The notes under the pieces: model-generated
Seen by the model: only the letters and a program-made list of their open reading frames with translations
Databases searched by the model: none
Told to the model about the DNA's origin: nothing
Assembly (NCBI GenBank): GCA_963707985.1
Contig: CAVPRW010000017.1
Coordinates: forward strand, 1-64,000
Reading direction: 5' to 3'
Length of the DNA: 64,000 nt
Source: an uncultured Nitrospinota bacterium
GTDB lineage: Bacteria; Tectomicrobia; Entotheonellia; J063; CAVPRW01
Shown here: positions 54,780 to 64,000 of the stretch, piece by piece
How the letters are laid out: each line of letters opens with the position of its first letter
Position numbering within the stretch: the first letter of the stretch is position 1
Translations under genes and position numbers: made by a program

Positions 54780-55321
54780 TCAGTTCGAGGGAAGCACGCC
54801 TTCCTTTGCATAGTGTAGCAGCCTGTCATCGTCCGGTAGGTTACTGCGAGCACTTCCGAGCCGTTGCACCTCATCCTTACTCTTAGCGCCAAAAGACAAC
54901 TCGGCCTGTGCCACGCGTTGACCATCGACCGTCGCAATAGCTTTGACCACACCCGCCACGGAAATGGCTTTGATAATCGTGACTTCAATCTGGAGTTGAT
55001 CCCCAGGAAAGACCGGTTTCAGAAAACGTACTTTGGCGCCGCCGAAGAAGAAGAGGGTACTGGTGTCATCGAACGTTCTGCCTTCCTCCTCAGCACTCTT
55101 GCGAAACAGAATGATCGCAGTTTGGGCCATACTCTCAATAATGAGTGCCCCAGGCATGACTGCCATAGTCGGAAAGTGGCCTAAGAAGAAGATCTCATTG
55201 CCCGTAATATTTTTGATCGCGACAACGCTTTGCCCGTCTCAAGGGAGAGCACCCGGTCTACCATCAGAAAGGGAAATTTTTGTGGCACCAGCGCTTTGAT
55301 CTCTTCGAATGTGATCTGCAT
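54780..55321 (-). CDS. fabZ: 3-hydroxyacyl-ACP dehydratase FabZ-like; frameshifted near 55240
   Basis: [55 protein letters not shown]. Confidence 0.85.
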
Positions 55322-55465
55322 ACGCTCCTCCCTGTACACGTCTGATGCGGACATTCTAACCGTCGTGTGCCGAGACCTTCAGGACCTCGTGTCCTCCGAT
55401 GGACGTAGAGGAATAGGAGTGTCACTATGCACTGGAGCTCGACTTCGGCATGCAATGGCAATCGT

Positions 55466-57269
55466 CTATTGGACATCGTCCTTGCCGTCCCCATGTAACG
55501 TCAGTCGGCACATGATCTCCCGCCACAGCGGCTGCAGGGTTCCGTTACGAAATTGGCTCAAGCACAAATGGATCGAAGGACCATTCGTACAGCTCTGCTG
55601 AGTCGACATATTGTGCATAATGTTCGTGCATCTCATCTGGATCGAAGCGGAAGTGTTGCAGATCGATGCTCTCGATGAACGAGCGATTGGTGAGCACACG
55701 CTCGTCTGAGAGCACGACCGAGTGGATATACGCAACGATGTAGCGCGCCAGCTCCTTGAGATTGGTGAGCTGCGTTTCGAGAACGGCTATGGCTTCTTCG
55801 ACCGAGACGCCGACACGGTAGAACGTGCTCTCGGCTGTACGCAGCGAGCCGAGAGCGGTGAAGTCGTGGAAGAGCGGTCCATACGCCGGTTGCCGCGCGG
55901 ATTTCTTCCATTGGTAATAGGCACTGATGAACGATTGCAGATTCTTATTGATCGCACCTAGACGGGAAAACTTGCTGAGGTAGGAAAGGACGAACCGGCG
56001 GTTTGTGGACAGGTCATTGATGAACGGAAAGACGAAGAACGCAAAATAGGCCGAAAGCTCCCAGGTGTACTTGAGCACATAGGCTTCCTGATCGCCGAGC
56101 ACATCGTAGCTGATGGCATAGCTGGGAATTAGTGACTCGTAAAGCGACTGCATCAGGAGCTCATGGAGATAACACTTGCCAGCCAGCTCGCTCCGTATCC
56201 GTTGTCAGGATCGCGTCGGTGATCAGGGTATTATGTAAGGCGATAAAGTCGCTGCCGGGGCTATAGAGTGGGTCTGTGAATCTACCCGCCTCCCCCGAGA
56301 GCGCCCACCTCGATGGGTGAATCGTCTGAGCACAGCCGTAGGAGATAATCCCTGAACGCGCTGTGAGCGAGGATTTTCCGGTAGGGCAAGTCACGCGCAA
56401 ACAGCGGAAACTCCTGACACACCCACTCAATCAGCTTCTGCGGTGTCAAGACACGTTCACGAGGAAAGATCGTGTTGTCGTAGACCAGGCCCAGGCTGGT
56501 CTTGCCTTGCAGCGGGATGACCCAGAACCAGAACCCTTCGCCGACGAAATGGTTTGTGGCCAGCCATACGCGGCAGGTGGCCGGTCGCGGCGCGGTCTTT
56601 CCGTAAGCGGATTTCTTTCGGTGAGAGATCGAGTGAGCTTTTCGATATCGACCAAGCCCTCGACCCAGAGGAACGACGCACCGTGGCGGATGGGGTTTGG
56701 CTGTGTCAGACCCAATCGACGCGCCAGGAATTTCCCTCGGCCCGATGTGTCAACGACCCAGTCGGCTCTGCACAGTGACATCACGGCCATTGGTCGTAAA
56801 ACTGAGTGAGTGTGGACCATCATCCGCAAGCGAGACGCTCAGGTCCGTGAGCAGGAGCACAGAAGCGTGAAGTTCGGGTGCTCGCAATTGAGCCTCAGCA
56901 GCTCGCCTTCGAGTTTATTGCGGTCGAGTTGGTAGCAGTGGGATGTTTGAAAACGTCCGGATGTAGACCTGGCTGTAGTCCTCGTAGCAGCGATTTTCGC
57001 GCCCGGTGGTCTTGTAGTAAGAAGCGCAGGTTGTACTTCATGAAGTGCTCTCGGAGCAGGTGCTCTTCTAGGTCGAGCACCTTTGAGAAGTAGTAGCCAC
57101 TCACCTGCACGGTTGCTTCTCCGACCTTTTGCTGCGATGGTGGAATCTCGGCGCGTTTCTCAACCAAGAGAATTTTCTTCTCGGAATTGAGTAATAGCTG
57201 TCGGGCTAAGGAAAGCCCGGCCAGCCCGGCGCCAATGATCACGACGTCGTATTGCTCTGCAAATGCCAT
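55466..57269 (-). CDS. Flavin-dependent halogenase-like protein; several frameshifts
   Basis: GAGLAG, KVGEATV, MKYNLRF, DTSGR, FWFWVIP (WxWxIP), FTDPLYSPG. Confidence 0.8.
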
Positions 57270-57537
57270 TTCTTCTTTCCTCATCTGTCCTCATCATCTT
57301 ACCTCATCCGTCAAATCTGGCTCCCTCGTATTAAGCGCCGCTTGCCGGCTGTGATGACAGGGCGAGAAGGTGGAAGAGCGCAATGATTTCATAGGCGTCA
57401 TTATCATAGTAGAACTACCTTGTTCAGCTCGCGGATGCGGCTGCAGAGCTGGCATACGACTACAGCACTCAGCGTTACATCAGGGGTCAAGGATGGGATG
57501 GCCCTGCCAAAAGGGCTAGGACCCGCTCTGCATGATG

Positions 57538-58968
57538 TCATCGATACCCCAGGAGAAGCTGAGCATTGACTGCATCAGTTCCCGTACAACTGACACCTCT
57601 CCTCTCGCGAGCAGCACCAGTTTGATGTCTACCAGTCTGTAAGGCGCGCTCCGTCTTACATCCCATTGCCCCCCACGACGGAACGTCGCCGTCTGGGCCG
57701 ACGATCTGGAATACATGCATGAGAGAAAGCGTATGGGGTGAAATTCCAATAACCGAGTTGACTGTCAACATGCCCTGAATGCCTGTAAATACCCCAGTCC
57801 CGCCCACGATGGGTCCAAAGCCAGCAAATCGCAACTCCCGGCTGTGCGCGGGGCGGCTGGGAACCTCAGACCGAAAGACACGCCCTCGACGATATCCGCT
57901 GTGATCGTGCCAACAGATCGCCCGTCACTGTCTACGAACGGGTACACTTCATGCGTGCTGAAGGGGACCAGGAGCGTCGGCAGTTCCCGGCGGAGCTTGC
58001 AGATTGAAGAACACTGTGGCGGTATAATCGCTGACGATCGACCTGGCCGACGGTCATGTCCGCTGCGTAGACCTCCAAGAGCCTTGACCCTGTTAAGTTG
58101 TATCGGACTGACCGCATTTGTCCGGGTGTGACCAAACTGACCTGGTTGCCACCCGGTGGGGGACCATACGTGGTGCGTACCGTCGCATCCTTCTTCACGC
58201 CTCGCAACACCATGTACGTGGCTTGCGGGTCAGGGTCGAGATTTCTCATCAGCGGTGGGATCTCCCTCTCAGTCCGTACTTTGCCGTCCGGATCAACGAC
58301 CCGGCAGGTAATGCTCCCCAGAAAGCCGAGCTGCGAGGTGATAGTCCCGGTGAGGACGTATGTCCCTCGAGTCCCTTAAACTTACCGAAGCCCTCCATAA
58401 TGTTGCCAACCGCGCCCACAAGGAGTCTGGGCCGCCCTTGCACCGTCATGGGAAAGGTGCGGCCAACCCCGTAGCCATGGAAACTATCCTCGGAGTTGTG
58501 AAGGCAAAGCTCCCGTCCAACATGACAAAGCGCTGAGAGCCCCACGGATCAAACAGGGTTGGGGGAGGGTATTTGCCAGGTGACCACTTAAAGTCATCAG
58601 GACAGAGCAGCCAGCGGCAGCTGAAAACACCGACGGCTTCCCCAACAGCCTGGGCAACCCTTGGACCCCCACTGGACAAGGTATGCCGTGGAGTCGAAAC
58701 GGTGCAAAGCGCTGCGGATCGCAAGGCCGTATCCACCGTTGAGGCCGAACCAGTCATCAGGATCATCGGGTATGAGAGTTGGCAGTCTCAGCGTGCTCTG
58801 GGTCGGGATCGCAAACATGCTGAGATGAGCCACTTGATCCAACAAATATTGCACCAGATCGAATGGATACGTCTCGAAGTTTACGTCAGGTTGCGCTGCG
58901 GAGGACGCAGAGGCTCCCCTCGCGTCCTGCCTGCATTGTGACTGTTGGGAAATCTCTTCAGTTTTCAT
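57538..58968 (-). CDS. Uncharacterised ~470-aa protein, paralog A (AOC/dirigent-like motifs); frameshifted
   Basis: ETYP..LLDQ, HRFD, PPPT..SQRF, GRTFP, AVGNIMEGFGKF, FGPIVGGTGVFTGIQG. Confidence 0.65.
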
Positions 58969-59025
58969 TTTGCAACCACCTTTGTTGACGTCCTCTAGGC
59001 GTCAGCCGGAAAGGGCGGTTGGCGT

Positions 59026-60338
59026 CTACAATCCCTCCGAGCGCAAGTTGCCAGGAGCACGAAACCTGCCCTCAGGGGTCGCTGAGGCGGGCAACATAAA
59101 AATGGGTCACCACATGTCCGCCAGGAGGAGGCCAAGGACCGACCCGAACACGCCGTAAAATATCCCCTCCACCCTGTGGAAGCAGCCGGAGCAGTACACA
59201 ATGGGGCCGAAAAAGCCAAACCGAAAAGCCGGCTCTCCCGGAGCGCCCGCGAGTTCCATGTCGAACCTCCTACCTTCCAAGATGTTTGTCGTAATAGCCC
59301 CAACGGTCTTTCGATCCTCGCCGAACAAGCTATAACGGGCCACACCTCCGAAAGAGAAGGGTCTGAGGGCTGTTCCAGTCATCGGAACGCCGGGTGGAGA
59401 CAATGGACCAAAGCCGATCTCCTTACCAAGGATGGCGCCCGTTTGCAGTTCGCTACTGCGGATTTCCTGCAGCCCTTGATCGGTGAACCTGACACAGGCA
59501 CGTTTCAACTTCTTGTTGAGATATTTAAACCTCGTGGTTGTCCATCTGGGGTGCAAGAAACTGAACCGATTTGTTTGATCCGCACCTTTTCCTTTTTGAC
59601 CAACCCAGGCGAGGAAGGTTGCCCCTGAGTCCGGAACTGGGCTCGCTTCAAGAGGAGGGAGCGGCTCTTGCGTACGCAAGGCACCGTCCGGATCCTGGAC
59701 CCGAATCGCTATATGCCCCAAGAATCCCTGCTCCGGTAGAAGCTCGCCACACAGGACAAAATTCCCTTCATGGTTACTGAATTTGCCAAAACCTTCTGTG
59801 ATATTCCCTACGGCTGCGGCAACAAGCTTCGGTTGCCCACCCACCATCATGGGAAAGGTACGCACCCGTACCAAAACTGCGAAAACCGTCCCGGCCATCA
59901 CCAAACGTAAGCTGCCCCTCCTGCATCGCGAAGCGCTGAGCACGTGACGGCTCCAGGACGGTCGGCGGAGGTTCTCTATCTGGCCGAGCCGAATAGGCAT
60001 GAGGGATGATCAACCAGCGGAAATCTAGTTTACCAGCGGGTTGTCCGATGACATTCTTCGCCTTCACTCCCACGGCGAGCGAGGGAAGCTGCATATCCAC
60101 TTCGAAGCGGTGTAGGCTTTTACTACCCCGAAAGCCAATGAGGCTATTGGCATCACCGGACAGGCCGATTGCAGGGTTGGAACGCTGTGGACTAGGCAAA
60201 CACATTGAAAAAGGCCGCTTGATCCACCAAACGTTGAATCAACTCAGGAGGATACAGCTCAGAGTTGACGTGCGACGGGGCCGATGTGGAAGCAGCAGCT
60301 TCCTCACGATGGTTAGAGGTTCCTTCAGAAAGCGTCAT
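59026..60338 (-). CDS. Uncharacterised protein, paralog B; frameshifted
   Basis: ELYP..LVDQ, HRFE, PPPT..AQRF, AVGNITEGFGKF, FGFFGPIV. Confidence 0.65.
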
Positions 60339-60340
60339 AC

Positions 60341-61244
60341 TTATACGCTCCTTTTTTTATTCTCCTTGGTGGTGAGAAACTCGAGTATCACACGGTTGAC
60401 TTCATCTGGTTTCTCTTGGCGTAGGAAATGACCAGCATTCGGCACCATCACCTTTTGTAGACCATTAGGGAAATATGCTTCCATTCCTTCACTGAGTTCC
60501 GCTGAGGACAGTACCGTCTCTTTCTCCGTGTAAATAGAGCGTTGGCACCCGGATCAACGCTTTTCCATATAGTTCCTGGATATTTTTCGCTTGTAGAAAT
60601 CGAACGCTTTTCATCAAATAAGCAACGATAGTAATCGACAGCCGCTTGCAAAACTCCGGGTTTGCGGAATGTCGTTTTGAGTGCTTCCATTTCTTCCACA
60701 GGATATGGCCATCCTGGAGACCAGAGCTGCCATAACTTCTCTATGAAAGCATAATCATTAAATGATATGGCTGCTTCAGCAAAATGAGACAGAAAAAAGA
60801 AAATATGCCATGAGTGCCTTAGTTGTTCGAAATCGGGAACAGACGAATTCACTCACTGTTGCTCCACAAGACCCTGAGGCCGCGATGAGTTCGCTACTCT
60901 TCTCTGGAGCTATGAGTGCCGCTGCATAGGCTGCTCCCGCGGCAAAGTCATAGCCAAAGACCACAGCAAATCGATAACCCAGTGCGCCAATGAGGGAGAC
61001 TGCCTCCTGACCGAGCACGGCAAGTTGATAAGAGCCATCTGATGGTATTTCGGAGGAAAGATAGCCTCTCATGTTGGGAGCAACGACGCGATAGCCATGC
61101 GCAGATAGGGTCCTGAGTTGGTGTCGAAAGGACCGGGCATGATCAGGAAAGCCATGCAGACACAGGATAAACGGTCCATCTCTGTTCGAGAAAGCGAAAC
61201 CGGAGTCCATTCGCATGGATCGAGCTCGTCCTGAACTCTTCCAT
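60341..61244 (-). CDS. Alpha/beta hydrolase of the epoxide hydrolase / haloacetate dehalogenase clade; frameshifted
   Basis: LHGFPD, APNMRGY, GYDF nucleophile elbow, C-terminal GHFLRQEKPDEVN. Confidence 0.82.
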
Positions 61245-61329
61245 GTTGCCTTCCTGTTCAGGCGCACAAGGGTAACGCTTACACCGCAGCAACCTAGGCG
61301 GTAGTCTACCTGCCAACCAGCCCCAACCC

Positions 61330-62678
61330 TCATTGCTGGTCACACGGCATTCGCCGTCCGGGTCGCAGAGGCGAGCTATGCATACGGTCGAAAGCGAACG
61401 GCAGGGGTGTGATACCGACCGCGGAGTCATGCATCAACAGCCCCTCGATATCAGTGAACATTCCGTCACCATTCACGATGGGTCCGAACCCGCCAAAACG
61501 CAGCGTCGCCTGACGTGGAGCCCCCACGAGGTACAGATTAAACGCTCCGCGCTCGCCTCCTCTCAGGCACGTAACTATCGGCGATATATTTCGCACCGCC
61601 ATTGAAGCCGAAACCGCCAACGACATCCCCTCCTTGGGCAAAGAATGTATAATCGTTATAGTCACTGAACGGGATAGGAGATTCCACCGTTCCGGGCGCT
61701 CCTGGATTGAGGGGATTAAACAAGATGATGCCGTTCAGAGACTCCCTATCACTTGGCCCACGCTCGACACGCTGCCGAGGTTCCCCTGCGTAGTGAAAGC
61801 ACCATCAAGTCTTGCAACAATCTGATTTGGGTCCCAACAGCAAGCCATTTACCTGGCCATCCGGTCCGAAGCTATACCTGGTCTTTTTGAGTTCCTGCCC
61901 TCTTTTGGCGGCGAAAGAACGACATACGCGATGTCAGGCTCGAGGAATGCGGCCTCGGTTGCAGAGCGGGCAGTTTTCTCTCGGCGCGTCAGCTTTCCTC
62001 TCTGGCATCGATGACCCGGGAAAATAAATTACCGATGAATCCGGAATCCGGCGAAATCTTGCCGCTATAGGGTATACGGTCCCCACAAGCCCGTGAAAGT
62101 TTCCGAACCCCTCCAAGATGGTGCCCACTGCGGCGGCAAGGAGTTGGCGCTTACCGTTCATGACCGCCGGAAAGGTACGTCCTGTCCCAGAACCCGTGGA
62201 GACCGTCCTCGCCATTTCCGAACCTGCAGATTGCGTCCAGCATGGTGAAGCGTTGAGACTGCGACGGATCGAGCCTGGTCGGAGGTGGCTCATGGCCCGG
62301 CAACGCCCTGAAATCGTGAGGGATCATCATCCAACGGTGCTCGAATCCGGCGATCGGTTCTCCGACAACGTTCACAGCCCTCAAACCCTTTTCAAGCGTG
62401 GGTGGCTGTACCGTGACATCGAAGCGATGTAGTATCTCGTTTACTCTGATGCCGATCACATGGCCCGGTTGACCCTGAGCCAGTATGCCGACATTGGAAA
62501 GCGCTGGGTTAGCGACTGAGTACATGTTGAAATAGGCAACCTGGTCCAATAGATGCAGCACCGTCTCGTATGGATAGGTTTCGGCGTTGATATCTGGCAG
62601 CTCCGACGAGGAGGTAGCTGTCTGCCCTATACCGTGCTCGCTTTGGGACTGCTGAGAAACGTGCTCTTGGGTCCTCAT
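61330..62678 (-). CDS. Uncharacterised protein, paralog C; frameshifted
   Basis: ETYP..LLDQ, HRFD, PPPT..SQRF, GRTFP, AVGTILEGFGNF, FGGFGPIVNGDGMF. Confidence 0.65.
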
Positions 62679-62791
62679 AATGGCTACCTCTGTTCAAGAT
62701 AACGCGTGGCTCGGCTCTGTCTCCTGCACTCATCCTTTCGGCCCCCGCACTGTGCGGCTAGACATGTTTTAAGTCCCTGGTCGTCTCTGCG

Positions 62792-64000
62792 CTAAGTCCG
62801 CATCTTTCCTACAACTCGAATGAGTCTCCCCACTGGTGCCGCTACTTGAACAGACAAATCTGCAGAGGCTTTTACGCATCGGTTGAGTATGCAGTCATGT
62901 TGGACACCATCTTCGAACCCATGGTCGATGAGAATCCGTGATCCTGTCACGGTCGAAGTCGAGGAGCCCCAGAGGCCCACTGACGTCATCGCCAGGGGAA
63001 TATTGGTGGACGGTTACCGGTGTGTAAGCCCGGTATTGCTGGAGATACTGCTCGATATCTTTTATGCGTAGACTTTCAAGCTCCTCGGCCGGGAAGCTCT
63101 CCTTATTCCTTTGTAATACGTCGGAAATTAAGCCGACAAATGCGAGCATCCGGTTAATGTCTCTAACCCTTTTGACGCTACTTTCCAGCGTCTTTGCCCA
63201 CCCTATGATCTGCTGTCGGTAGACCGTTGCTAGCGTGTTACTCATAGTCGCCAGAGGGATGTTCACGACATTGGGGAACAGGGAGATCACATGTAAGACA
63301 CGGCCCCAACGTCGATCACTGGATTCAGCGGTGTGTTCAGCAACACACCGCCGTCAACGAAAAGTTGGGAGCCGACCGGGGTAGGCGGAAAGATGCCGGG
63401 TATGGCGGTCGAGCCCAGGATAGCGAGAGGCCCGAGCTGATCCGTCATGTCCTGATTTTCAAAGATCCGCAACCCTGCCCGACTCCCAGTTGGTCGCCGC
63501 GATCATCAGCACTTTTCTGCGAACGACGGATTTCTGCAAACCAGATCGTATCGTTTACGAGTTGTATCAAAGGTTCAAGTACGATGAAACTGGTGAAGTC
63601 AAACAGCTCCGAAACCCGTTGTAACAACGGCCCCTGTGCCGTCACAACGTTGACGGCCCTCTGGAGTCCGTCCCAGGTCAGAGCGGCACTGTCACTGATC
63701 AGGTGGATAGAAGGGCTCAAGTGGGTTCGGGATAAAGCTTCTAGGGTTGGTAAACTCCCGTAGATCGTGGCGGATCCTGAAGACGCCGTTCTGCACTTTT
63801 GCAGAGCTGCTACTCACCTTGTCGAGCCAGACCTGCTCCAGGTTGGCTATCGCCGCCGGACCGTACATCTCCCATTGCGACACCAGGAAGGCCGCGTTGT
63901 AGGACCCAACCGAGGTGCCCGCAAAGATGTCGGGGTCGAGCGGCCGGTACATCAGTCGCCGGAGACTGTCCAGAGAACAGCGCCTTCATCACGCCGACTT
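62792..64000 (-). CDS. Patatin-like phospholipase; 5'-partial, frameshifted
   Basis: GTSVG nucleophile, STAIPGIFP, FVDGGV. Confidence 0.88.

Overview
A 64-kb, frameshift-rich bacterial window that probably comes from an error-prone long-read or metagenomic assembly. It has two parts that meet at an abrupt junction near 12105. The left ~12 kb is visibly more AT-rich and carries anaerobe-type genes: an OYE/FadH-like flavoenzyme, a VOC protein, two USPs, a DRTGG protein, a CBS-kinase, a Tat flavoprotein, a tetraheme cytochrome c and a truncated acyl-CoA ligase. The right ~52 kb is GC-rich and almost all on the minus strand. At 13-29 kb is an operon of five exported FG-GAP/ASPIC-UnbV (CRTAC1-like) proteins with a UnbU/RnfD-like membrane protein, a His-rich membrane protein, a His-1 membrane-anchored protein and a SCO-PCuAC copper chaperone fusion. 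At 29.7-64 kb is a lipid-tailoring-like cluster: patatin, three paralogous proteins with allene-oxide-cyclase/dirigent-like motifs, an alpha/beta hydrolase, a flavin halogenase, FabZ, FabG, redoxins, cytoplasmic TPR-UnbV proteins, a carotenoid-type dioxygenase, many DinB proteins and a CPA2 antiporter. Part of this cluster is present as at least three partly deleted copies. Also present are an AhpD-like gene with an in-frame UGA in a CxxU motif plus a SECIS-like hairpin, an IS630 remnant, a truncated giant LamG protein and several local duplications. No rRNA, tRNA or CRISPR array was seen. All family calls come from motif recognition without database searches.
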